From the sequence record OM386667.1: a stretch of 64,000 nucleotides of DNA, one strand, 5' to 3'. Source of the DNA: Escherichia phage vB_EcoM_REC. The notes under the pieces were generated by a model, which was given only the letters and a program-made list of their open reading frames with translations, did not search any database and was not told the origin of the DNA. The translations under genes and the position numbers were made by a program. Below, piece after piece: positions 28,871 to 37,529 of the stretch (position 1 is its first letter; each line of letters starts with the position of its first letter).

Positions 28871-29845
28871 TTAAACAGTAGCTTCTTCTTTTTCAGGGAA
28901 GATAAAGCTTGCAATAACACCAAGAGCTAATGTGCCCAGGACAATATACATACTAATAGTTGGATCAATGTGCGCTGGCAGGAAGCTCATTTTTTCATGT
29001 AACGTTTCTGCAAACGGGTGATACATTAGTTTAACACCTACAAACACCAGAACCACAATAACTGCTTTCTCCAAGTGAACCAGATACTTCAGTGCAACAC
29101 TAAGAACAAAGAACAGAGCACGTAGACCTAAGATTGCACATAACATCGAAGAGAATACAAGCAGAGGTTCTTGTGTTACTGCGATCACTGCCGGAACAGA
29201 ATCTACTGCAAAGATTACATCAACCATTTCCATCACGAATACGCAAACCAAAGCTGGAGTTGCTACACGAACACCATTTTCGATTGTGAAGAACTTCTCC
29301 CCATCCATTTTATTAGATACAGGGAACAGTTTACGAACAATACGGGTAGCCCAGTGTTTAGAGTAATCAACTTCTGCGTCATTATTTCCAGCAAATACCA
29401 TTTTAGCTGCACAGAAAAGGATGACCGCACCGAAGAAGATATTAACATACCAGCCCAAACTTAACAAGTAAGTGCCTACTGCTACAAACACACCTCGGAA
29501 GACAATCGCACCTGCAATACCCCAAAGTAGAATCTTGTGCTGCAAGTGTGTGCTTTTAATACCAAAACTTGCGAATACTGCTACAAATACTACCAAGTTA
29601 TCTACCGACAAAGATTTTTCCAACACATATCCACTTAAAAACAAGTTAGCAAAATCGGCACCATGTTGGAAGTATACAAAACCATAATAAGCTAATGATA
29701 CACCAATCCAAAAGATCGACCAACCAACTGCGGATTTGAATGAAATTTCTTTATTTTCTTTGTGACCAAAGAAATCAATACCAATAGACAATGCTAAAAT
29801 ACCAACTAAAACAACTACATCAATAATTGGGAAACCAAGTTGCAT
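28871..29845 (-). CDS. terC: TerC-family integral membrane protein
   Basis: 324 aa, multiple TM helices; FGHKENKEISFKSAVGWSIFWIGVSLAY and LEKSLSVDNLVVFVAVF match the TerC/Alx signature. Confidence 0.85.
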   Translation of the reverse strand: MQLGFPIIDVVVLVGILALSIGIDFFGHKENKEISFKSAVGWSIFWIGVSLAYYGFVYFQHGADFANLFLSGYVLEKSLSVDNLVVFVAVFASFGIKSTHLQHKILLWGIAGAIVFRGVFVAVGTYLLSLGWYVNIFFGAVILFCAAKMVFAGNNDAEVDYSKHWATRIVRKLFPVSNKMDGEKFFTIENGVRVATPALVCVFVMEMVDVIFAVDSVPAVIAVTQEPLLVFSSMLCAILGLRALFFVLSVALKYLVHLEKAVIVVLVFVGVKLMYHPFAETLHEKMSFLPAHIDPTISMYIVLGTLALGVIASFIFPEKEEATV

Positions 29846-29924
29846 TCTTTTCTCCTCTCTTTGCGGGGAACTATTCCCCGCTTCATGTGATATATCTTAC
29901 TCTTTTTAAGAACTATGTCAACAC

Positions 29925-30146
29925 TTATTTTGTTGAATGAGAGGAAAAGATTCCTCGTAATACAGCCAGAATAAACGAAACACAAACCACGGTCCAGAAG
30001 GTTACTGGGACAGTGATATCTGCATGACCCATAACTTCAGCAACATAGTTGTAAGCCAGCAACAGTAACCAAGCTGGAATCAAACTAAGCATAAAAGCAA
30101 TAACAAAAAAGCTTACCACTGCAACAATACCTGCAAAAACACCCAT
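29925..30146 (-). CDS. small membrane protein (two predicted TM helices)
   Basis: 73 aa hydrophobic ORF. Confidence 0.4.
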   Translation of the reverse strand: MGVFAGIVAVVSFFVIAFMLSLIPAWLLLLAYNYVAEVMGHADITVPVTFWTVVCVSFILAVLRGIFSSHSTK

Positions 30147-30158
30147 ACTAATCTCCTC

Positions 30159-30632
30159 TTAAAGTTTATAAATAGTCACATCGTGACCTGTTTTTACTAA
30201 AGTTTCTTCAATCATCACTTGGATGATAGCCCAATTACCTCCAGCATATCCAGCGCCAATCATAGGTAAGCCGATCTTACATTTTTGGTCACGGAGAAGC
30301 AAATCGTTAGCCATAGCTATTAGTGCATCGTAAAGTGCATCATAGTCCAACTGACGACCTTTAGCATTGTATCCGTAACGGTATTGCCCGTATAGATTAT
30401 ATACCAAAGGGTCTGATTGTTCGTCTGGCACCCCTAAACTAAAACAACCTAGTTTACTTTGATCACCAGCCGTTGTGTCTAAGTCTGCTGCATATGCGTA
30501 AGGAAATGCTTGTTTGATTTGTGGGGCAATACCTGCCCCCATATTACACATACAGTTGCAACAATGAGCAATAACAGTTACTTCACCTGCTTTAGCGGCA
30601 TCAATAAGATTACCTGTTTTCATTTTAAGCAT
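30159..30632 (-). CDS. macro-domain-like protein (ADP-ribose / Appr-1-p processing family), tentative
   Basis: start placed at the internal ATG (30632) with AAGGAG RBS just after the upstream stop; VTVIAHCCNCMCNMGAGIAPQIKQAF and IGLPMIGAGYAGGNW resemble macro-domain nucleotide-binding loops. Confidence 0.4.
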   Translation of the reverse strand: MLKMKTGNLIDAAKAGEVTVIAHCCNCMCNMGAGIAPQIKQAFPYAYAADLDTTAGDQSKLGCFSLGVPDEQSDPLVYNLYGQYRYGYNAKGRQLDYDALYDALIAMANDLLLRDQKCKIGLPMIGAGYAGGNWAIIQVMIEETLVKTGHDVTIYKL

Positions 30633-30645
30633 TTTTAGCTCCTTA

Positions 30646-31473
30646 TTACAGAATGTGTTGTTTTGTGTAACGATCCAAGAATTCAAAGTTTTCAGCATAC
30701 TTTGAAATTCGGTTGTAACCTTCTCCCAAGCATCCAAAGAAAAGTTGCTCTACATAGTAATGTGGCAATTGGCTAAGAATGATTTTGAAGTCTTCATGAT
30801 TTTGGCCCATAAGATACTTAATAGGACGAACAAGACACTGTGCATCACGTTCTTCACTAATCATTTTAACAAACGCTTCTGGTGTATTAATGTAGTTAAA
30901 ATTCAGTTTAGCTTCGGTATCTGCTTGATTACCTTCGTATTTTGCAAAATACAAGAAGTAAACATCATTTTTAACTTGATTTTCATCAAGGATCTCAATC
31001 AGTTTGTCTTCATGCGTTCCAGTGATATTTACATCATCAATGAATACAAGCTTCTTATCACCCCAGAATTCTTTGTTGCAGTAGAATGTATCACCATCAA
31101 TAAGTTTCTTACGACTAGCTTTATCCAAGAAACCATAATCGTTGATATAGCTAACTTTACGATGAATAATGTCCAGTTCTGCTGAACGACCTTGATCATA
31201 TTGTGATTGCAACATATTAAAATAATTAATAAAATGATCTGTCATCATTGTTGCAGCATTATGCACATGGTTATAAGGAGAAGGAATGATAACAAATTGT
31301 TCCCCAATATGTTTCATTGCCACTTGAGCAAAAAACTGAAGTGCCAATTCTTTACCCATACGACGCGCAGCTTGGTTACTACCAAATTTCAATTTTGAAT
31401 AATCTTGGATATCAAAAGTAGCAGTTTCCAGGTCATCAAATTTATTTGCAAAAATTTGAGTTTGATTACGCAT
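30646..31473 (-). CDS. phosphoribosyltransferase (PRTase type I)-like protein
   Basis: 275 aa; KLVFIDDVNITGTHEDKL matches the PRPP-binding loop pattern (hydrophobic run, DD, then TG-T). Confidence 0.5.
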   Translation of the reverse strand: MRNQTQIFANKFDDLETATFDIQDYSKLKFGSNQAARRMGKELALQFFAQVAMKHIGEQFVIIPSPYNHVHNAATMMTDHFINYFNMLQSQYDQGRSAELDIIHRKVSYINDYGFLDKASRKKLIDGDTFYCNKEFWGDKKLVFIDDVNITGTHEDKLIEILDENQVKNDVYFLYFAKYEGNQADTEAKLNFNYINTPEAFVKMISEERDAQCLVRPIKYLMGQNHEDFKIILSQLPHYYVEQLFFGCLGEGYNRISKYAENFEFLDRYTKQHIL

Positions 31474-32122
31474 TTACAATTTCTCCTCTTTTAAGTTTCT
31501 CTAGTAAGTCGTTAGGGTTCTTAATATGACAGAAGTTAAATCCTAAGTCAACACATTTTCCATCATATTCTTCACTATCGCCTACGTGCAACACTTCGTG
31601 CCCTAACAGAGGGATCGGAGAATACGTGAGCGTGCGAGCAAAGAATCGCGGATCTGGTTTACAAAGTAAAGCTTCATCCGAGAAATGGGTGAACTCAAAA
31701 CAATTCCAACTATCAAACTTACAAGCACGACGCAGGATATCCCCTGATATGAAGTTGGTATTGCTCTTAATACTCAAATCATAACGCCCCGAAAGATACA
31801 GCAAGTACATCGGCAGATCCACGGCTACGTGTGGTGGAAACTTAAGGAACCACTGTTCACACTCGAAACGAAGCTTTGCAGACTTCCAAGGCGTTATCCC
31901 AAGTTCAGAACCAAGTCTTTCCCAGGCGTATGCTGCACACTCGGCTTTGCCTTGAAGTGCTGCATTATCCAGTTCCTTTTTGATCTTCTTATAAGCTGCT
32001 CTTGCTTCCACTTCCGTAATATCTCCATATTTTGCGATAGTCCAGGCTCGCATGTCTGCGTAATTGGAGTTTGCTGTGATCAGTGTGTTCCATACATCAA
32101 AAGAGATATGTTTAATAGTCAT
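31466..32122 (-). CDS. HAD-superfamily hydrolase (phosphatase)
   Basis: 218 aa; motif I ISFDVWNTL (D-x-W-x-T variant), motif III LCKPDP, motif IV HVGDSEEYD. Confidence 0.6.
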   Translation of the reverse strand: MTIKHISFDVWNTLITANSNYADMRAWTIAKYGDITEVEARAAYKKIKKELDNAALQGKAECAAYAWERLGSELGITPWKSAKLRFECEQWFLKFPPHVAVDLPMYLLYLSGRYDLSIKSNTNFISGDILRRACKFDSWNCFEFTHFSDEALLCKPDPRFFARTLTYSPIPLLGHEVLHVGDSEEYDGKCVDLGFNFCHIKNPNDLLEKLKRGEIVNA

Positions 32123-32123
32123 A

Positions 32124-32729
32124 TTAAGCCCACCATGCGTCTAAGTTAAGATTACTGTCTACCACAACTTGTTCTATGTGGTAGCCTTTTATCTGTATCC
32201 CACTGTTCAAGAGCATATCATACGCTTCATTGAAACGCAACTTATCTTCTGCGGAATATAAGCGAGCATTATAAAATCGGTAATCAATTTCTTCAGCATT
32301 AGAAGAAATACGGAAGAAGTTTGTTTCTACTTCGGGATCACTTGCTGAAGTCTTAATGTGAACTTCTCCATAATTTTCTTTACTTAGATCCATGAAAAGA
32401 ACACAGGCAACATGTTTAAACATTCGTTCCAGTTTGTAACGAACAACATTGAAACCTGCATTCTCAAGTTTTTCTACACACTGCAACATTAAAGTAGTGT
32501 CGAGATCGCTTTGATACTTTGTTAACATACGATCACGTTGAGACTTTGTATCCCGATGTAAATCAATTGTTGTGCATTTGGCACCAATAATCTTAGCTGC
32601 TTTCATCAACTCTTCAGAACTAACGTTAGATAAAGTAAGATGAAAATGGGCTTTCCACACTTTTTTAGCAGGGACACCAAAAGATTTATCCCCACTATTC
32701 GGCATGTTGACTACTACACTATGTTGCAT
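32124..32729 (-). CDS. hypothetical protein (one H-x-T-x motif; possible 2H-phosphoesterase relative, unproven)
   Basis: 201 aa; KAHFHLTLSN contains a single H-x-T-x tetrapeptide; a second clear motif was not found. Confidence 0.35.
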   Translation of the reverse strand: MQHSVVVNMPNSGDKSFGVPAKKVWKAHFHLTLSNVSSEELMKAAKIIGAKCTTIDLHRDTKSQRDRMLTKYQSDLDTTLMLQCVEKLENAGFNVVRYKLERMFKHVACVLFMDLSKENYGEVHIKTSASDPEVETNFFRISSNAEEIDYRFYNARLYSAEDKLRFNEAYDMLLNSGIQIKGYHIEQVVVDSNLNLDAWWA

Positions 32730-32744
32730 TACTTATCTCCTCAC

Positions 32745-32936
32745 TTAAAATGGAAGTCTTTGAAGTTCATCTCCTCCGATATCAAGTAATTTAGCAACAT
32801 CTCGATCAGAAAGCAACTCTTTTCTTTGTAAAATATCCACAAGGGTTGCAAGAATGTCCTTAACGTCCCGATCACTGTTCTTCAAAAGTTCTCCTGCCGT
32901 CCCTACTCTATCTCCTACAGCAAAATATGTAACCAT
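32745..32936 (-). CDS. hypothetical small protein
   Basis: start moved to the internal ATG at 32936 with AGGAGG RBS overlapping the end of nrdG. Confidence 0.35.
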   Translation of the reverse strand: MVTYFAVGDRVGTAGELLKNSDRDVKDILATLVDILQRKELLSDRDVAKLLDIGGDELQRLPF

Positions 32937-32949
32937 GAAACCTCCTAAG

Positions 32950-33420
32950 TTAATCTGATTGCCAACCACTTGCCGTTTTGGTCCATAATCTTTGATTATC
33001 TGACCCTCTGAAAGGTTTTGTAGTTGGATTGTTTATTTCATACTTTCCGTCTACAATAATGTCAACAAGATTTTTAATATACAAAGGCACTTCCTCAAAA
33101 GTATATCCTGTATACACCATTATATCTTTGCTTGACCCATAAACGTCTCTAACCTTTTCTATAAGGTTTTTAACATTGTAAATATTCTGCGGATCTAATG
33201 GCTCTCCTCCTAAAATTGTTAAACCTTTTACAAACGGTCTTGACAAATCTTTTAAAACTTGCTCTACATTTTCGTGAGTAAACGGTTTCCCATAAGAATA
33301 AGACCAGGCTTTTTGGTTAAAACAGCCACGACAACCGTGGCTACAACCACTAACCCAGAGGGAGCACCTAACTCCCTCACCATTAATAAGATCTACAGGT
33401 TCATATCCTGCAAAATTCAA
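32950..33420 (-). CDS. nrdG: anaerobic ribonucleotide reductase activating protein (radical SAM)
   Basis: 156 aa; CSHGCRGC cluster near the N-terminus; directly downstream of and overlapping nrdD. Confidence 0.85.
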   Translation of the reverse strand: MNFAGYEPVDLINGEGVRCSLWVSGCSHGCRGCFNQKAWSYSYGKPFTHENVEQVLKDLSRPFVKGLTILGGEPLDPQNIYNVKNLIEKVRDVYGSSKDIMVYTGYTFEEVPLYIKNLVDIIVDGKYEINNPTTKPFRGSDNQRLWTKTASGWQSD

Positions 33421-35282
33421 AGATGTTTCTCCCTTTGCAAAACTTCCTGCATTTTACCTTTGTTGTAAGGCCGTGAATTAGGGGCAGAAAGATACCCTGA
33501 TACACGTCTAACTACAGAAATAGTTTCTTCTTCATGGTTGCCACAATCAGGACACTCAAACCCTTTAGCCGTTGCCTTAAATTCTCCATGAAAACCACAC
33601 TTAAAGCATTGATCCACGGGCTGATTAATACCAAAATAGTGAATATGTTCATAAGCGTAGTCTACTAAAGTCTCCAAAGCTTCTAAGTTATTCTTTAAGT
33701 TTGGTGTTTCGACATAACTTATGTTACCACCATTACTAATCTGTGCAAAACCTGCTTCATAATCCCATTTTTCAAAAGGATTTGTTACCAACCATACAGG
33801 TTGATGAAAAGAGTTAGTAAGATAGTCTCTTTCTACCAAACTTGGGTATTTTTCATTTAAAGCTGTTGCAAACTTATAGCACAAAGATTCTGCTGGAGTT
33901 CCATAGAGACTAAACGCCAGCTTAGATCGTTCTTTAAACACAGCACACACATCTTTCATATGTTGCAGAATGCTTTTACCAAGTTCCTTTTTATCTTTTT
34001 CTTCTGGATAAAGGATTTCCAAAGCTTCGGCAAGACCTACATAACCAATACTAATAGAAGCATAACCACCTTCAAACAAAACACCAATTTCATCATTGGC
34101 ATTTAAACGCGCTAAAGCCCCTTCCATGAAAAGAATAGGGTTTTCAGATGCTTTGGTATGTCTGATACGGTTTACACGTAGCATGTGAGCATCGTAGGCT
34201 ATCTCCATATGTTTATTAAGAAGATCGGTGAAAGATTCTCCTTTACTTCTCGCTTCCGCAGCGATCAGAGGTAAGTTGATAGAAACTACTCCAAGGTTGA
34301 ATCGTCCATCGTATTTTTCTCCTTGTTCGGTGGCATAGTACGACAAAAAGGAACGACAACCCATACTCGTAACAGTACCATCTGCTGATCCCGTAACTTC
34401 TTTGTTCAAAGGAACAGAAATAAAATCTGGATAAATACGATCAGCACAACATGCCAAAGCTTGTTGCTTAAGGTCATAGTTAGGATCACTAGGTTTCATG
34501 TTAACACCTTCTTGTAAAAAGAAAATAACTTTAGGGAATACAGGCGTTACATGATCTTTGCCTAGACCGTTACTATGCACTTTAAGATAGTTAGCTGTAA
34601 TCATTCTGCCAAAAACAGAGGTATCCAGACCCATACTGATTGTAATAAAAGGAGATTGTCCATTAACACTCATTAAAGTATTAACCTGATACAAGAGAGT
34701 TTGCATAGCATCGTATACATCTTGTTCGGTCATTTCTAGGGCTTCTTTCCTTGCATAACAACCGTAGCGACGTTTGGTTATCTCCATGTTTTTAAGGAAA
34801 CTAGCTTCAACATAAGGACTAAGACCTTTATCAATGTGCGCACACGTGAAACTAGCTTCAACATAAGGACTAAGACCTTTATCAATGTGCGCACACGTCT
34901 GACCTCCATACTGACTGGAGGCAACAGCTTGGATAATTTGAGTTAGCACTGTGGTAGCTACCCCAATAGATTTTGGTTTTTCTATCTGTGCGGCTCCGAT
35001 CTTAAAACCATTCTCTAACATATCTTGATAATTAACAAGACAACAGTTTGTAAGAGGAGAGAGTAGATAATCCAAGTCGTGAATATGTCCAAAACCTTCT
35101 GTATGCCACTCTGACAAGTTTTTTGGCAGTATCTGTGTCATTGCCATATGTTTGCTTAAAATCCCCGCCAAGAGATCCCTATGCGTGTTAACGAGGTGGG
35201 AAGGTTTGTTTGCATTCTCTCTAGTGTATGTTTCTGAAGTGCGATCTAAAAAAGAAAAAACATCTTGGTACAAATCTTTCAT
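33417..35282 (-). CDS. nrdD: anaerobic ribonucleoside-triphosphate reductase
   Basis: 621 aa; C-terminal zinc ribbon CFKCG...CPDCG followed by glycyl-radical motif RVSGYL; carries a 17-aa in-frame tandem duplication. Confidence 0.9.
   Translation of the reverse strand: MKDLYQDVFSFLDRTSETYTRENANKPSHLVNTHRDLLAGILSKHMAMTQILPKNLSEWHTEGFGHIHDLDYLLSPLTNCCLVNYQDMLENGFKIGAAQIEKPKSIGVATTVLTQIIQAVASSQYGGQTCAHIDKGLSPYVEASFTCAHIDKGLSPYVEASFLKNMEITKRRYGCYARKEALEMTEQDVYDAMQTLLYQVNTLMSVNGQSPFITISMGLDTSVFGRMITANYLKVHSNGLGKDHVTPVFPKVIFFLQEGVNMKPSDPNYDLKQQALACCADRIYPDFISVPLNKEVTGSADGTVTSMGCRSFLSYYATEQGEKYDGRFNLGVVSINLPLIAAEARSKGESFTDLLNKHMEIAYDAHMLRVNRIRHTKASENPILFMEGALARLNANDEIGVLFEGGYASISIGYVGLAEALEILYPEEKDKKELGKSILQHMKDVCAVFKERSKLAFSLYGTPAESLCYKFATALNEKYPSLVERDYLTNSFHQPVWLVTNPFEKWDYEAGFAQISNGGNISYVETPNLKNNLEALETLVDYAYEHIHYFGINQPVDQCFKCGFHGEFKATAKGFECPDCGNHEEETISVVRRVSGYLSAPNSRPYNKGKMQEVLQREKHL
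34797..34898. repeat. perfect 51-bp tandem duplication (2 copies) inside nrdD
   Basis: GAAACTAGCTTCAACATAAGGACTAAGACCTTTATCAATGTGCGCACACGT at 34797-34847 and again at 34848-34898; encodes TCAHIDKGLSPYVEASF twice. Confidence 0.9.
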
Positions 35283-35349
35283 TATTAATCCTTATTTTGT
35301 GAGTAGAACTATTATTCTACCTCTTCCAACCGAAAAAAGCTTTGAGGAA

Positions 35350-35378
35350 AATCAAAAAAAGGCGCAAAGTGCGCCTTT
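35350..35378 (-). terminator. rho-independent terminator downstream of the 448-aa gene
   Basis: GGCGC-aaagt-GCGCC hairpin with flanking A7 on plus strand (U-run on minus transcript). Confidence 0.6.
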
Positions 35379-35383
35379 AAGTT

Positions 35384-36730
35384 TTATCGTTTGGAGAGGA
35401 ATTGTCTTCCCATGATCTTACCGTTCTTTACAGCGGTCCCATCGTGTCCATTATAATCCCAAGTTCCATCAATATTACGCAAGAAGCTATCACGAACAGT
35501 GTAGGCTTTACCGTTCTCTACTTTACTTTCTTCCACAATGATTGCCATAACAAGCTTATTTTCAATTTCGGTAGTAACCGATTCTTTGATACCCTCTGTA
35601 ACTTCACGGTCATATTGGATATAAACTCGCTCCTCGGTTACTTGCACGTCTACCACATTTTTAAATGTGTAGGTCTGTTGTGTAGTGTAGAGGACACGAA
35701 CGACACTCTTCTTACCTACTGGCGGCTTCTGACGACGTTTGCGGTAACGTGGAGATGGGTTAAGTTTAATATAACCTACAATATCTGATCCATCTCCAGA
35801 GTGGCTCCAATAAAATGTCTCTGCCAAACCTTTTCCTTGGTCCCCATTTCGAAAAAGAACATTAACAGGACCATCACAAGGGCGTCTACCTCCGATGTGT
35901 GCTTGGTATTTTGCTGTTCTTGGGAGAACAAAATATTCTTCAATCTGCCATTCACTATCGTATTTCTCCCATTCGAAGTGGTTGGCTTTACATACTTCTA
36001 AAACACCATTTTTGTAACGGACTTGAACAAAGTCTTCACAAGGTTGAATACCTGTATTAGGAATATAGGTAGGCTCTGTGTCTTCTGGTTCAAAAGTCTC
36101 TTTTTGTTGTTCCACATCTTCCACTTTTCTTACATGCTTAGTATAAAACATATCTTTAAACTCCTGCGCTTCAACCTCAACTGCAAATTCATGTTCTCTG
36201 ACAGCCGGAGGCACAAGGCTTCCACACTCAAGATGCAGCGCATCCAGACCTGCCATTTTATCGTAAAAGATAACTTTTCGATACTTCTTACCGTCTTCTG
36301 GAATAGCAGGGTCTACTCGTTTAAGACGGGAAGCATCGCTTTTAGTCCAAAAACTCTTCCCTGTTGTATTATTGAAAGTAGTAATCATTTCTTCAATTTC
36401 TTCTTCAGAAAGGTTACTAGTGTCTGTGTAAACATCTTCAATTTTTAGCATTTTAGTTTTCTTAAGAATTAAATCTAGCATTGCATCTCCTGTAAAACGT
36501 AGCTCATTATCTCCTACTGTCGGCTCTCCAGAAAATTCATTGGTCCCGACTGTATGACAGATGTATGGAAAATTTGTGCAACCGTGTAAAAGAGCATATT
36601 GTCCTGTAAGTTTAGGATCTGTCTCTTTAGTCCAACCATATGCAATTTCAATAGCTTTGCAAAGCCTATCGAACAAGCCCCGATTGTTTGCCGCTGTTAC
36701 CAAATCTTGCTTATGTGTATATACATTCAT
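35384..36730 (-). CDS. hypothetical protein (448 aa)
   Basis: long ORF with RBS; no motif recognised by eye. Confidence 0.5.
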   Translation of the reverse strand: MNVYTHKQDLVTAANNRGLFDRLCKAIEIAYGWTKETDPKLTGQYALLHGCTNFPYICHTVGTNEFSGEPTVGDNELRFTGDAMLDLILKKTKMLKIEDVYTDTSNLSEEEIEEMITTFNNTTGKSFWTKSDASRLKRVDPAIPEDGKKYRKVIFYDKMAGLDALHLECGSLVPPAVREHEFAVEVEAQEFKDMFYTKHVRKVEDVEQQKETFEPEDTEPTYIPNTGIQPCEDFVQVRYKNGVLEVCKANHFEWEKYDSEWQIEEYFVLPRTAKYQAHIGGRRPCDGPVNVLFRNGDQGKGLAETFYWSHSGDGSDIVGYIKLNPSPRYRKRRQKPPVGKKSVVRVLYTTQQTYTFKNVVDVQVTEERVYIQYDREVTEGIKESVTTEIENKLVMAIIVEESKVENGKAYTVRDSFLRNIDGTWDYNGHDGTAVKNGKIMGRQFLSKR

Positions 36731-37281
36731 AATAACCCTCCTCGTTTTATTGCAATAGATGCCCTAGGCTCTGCGATACCAGTGGCGTATAAATACGGAT
36801 GACCTTGTGGAGAAGTTCTCATCCCAAACGAACCTAATTCTAACCCATACATATCTTCCACGTCAAGACCAATATCTGTCTCTATGATTTGAGTTTGAAC
36901 TTTGTAATACGTCCAAAAGAAATAGCGCATAGTTTCGGCATATTCTTTGATGGATGCTCCTGGATAAAACTCAATAATTTCCAACTTCAAGAAAATGTTA
37001 AAATGAACATCATCTAACTCTTCTTCTGTTCGGTAGCAAGGTGTTAGAGCCATATAAGGATGATCTGTTGAAAATTCAAACCCGTCTTTCTCCATCTGGA
37101 GGAAAGACTGCTCTGCACTGGCTACGTAGAACTTACCATTAGGATGCCCCAAGGGGCAATCCTCTTTACCTTCTGGTAATGTATATGCAAGGATATCCGC
37201 ATCTACAAGATAAGGGACTTCCAACATCTCCGCAAATCGCCCATAGTAATCAATAGCTTGAGCAATAACAGCTACGTTCAT
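36727..37281 (-). CDS. hypothetical protein
   Basis: 184 aa ORF. Confidence 0.45.
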   Translation of the reverse strand: MNVAVIAQAIDYYGRFAEMLEVPYLVDADILAYTLPEGKEDCPLGHPNGKFYVASAEQSFLQMEKDGFEFSTDHPYMALTPCYRTEEELDDVHFNIFLKLEIIEFYPGASIKEYAETMRYFFWTYYKVQTQIIETDIGLDVEDMYGLELGSFGMRTSPQGHPYLYATGIAEPRASIAIKRGGLL

Positions 37282-37529
37282 GATCTTCCTCCTGTGCGGA
37301 AAGCACGTTTAGTAATGTTGGACATAACGATTAAATCTTGTAAAGTCATGTCTGGGAACTGTTGTTCTAAAACTCCCTCAACAGCACCTATAATATCTGA
37401 CAATTCAACAAGTTGCATTATTTTGCAATCCTGCTCAACAGCATCAAAAAGTTCTTCTACTTCCTCTTTAATCTTTTCTATGCTGCCATAAGGTTGTTTC
37501 TTAATGTCTGTTATGTGATACCCTGCCAT
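37278..37529 (-). CDS. MazG/HisE-like all-alpha nucleotide pyrophosphohydrolase, tentative
   Basis: 83 aa; KIKEEVEELFDAV (EExxE) and ELSDIIGAVEGVLEQ (ExxD) resemble the metal-binding helices of small MazG-like NTP pyrophosphatases. Confidence 0.35.
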   Translation of the reverse strand: MAGYHITDIKKQPYGSIEKIKEEVEELFDAVEQDCKIMQLVELSDIIGAVEGVLEQQFPDMTLQDLIVMSNITKRAFRTGGRS

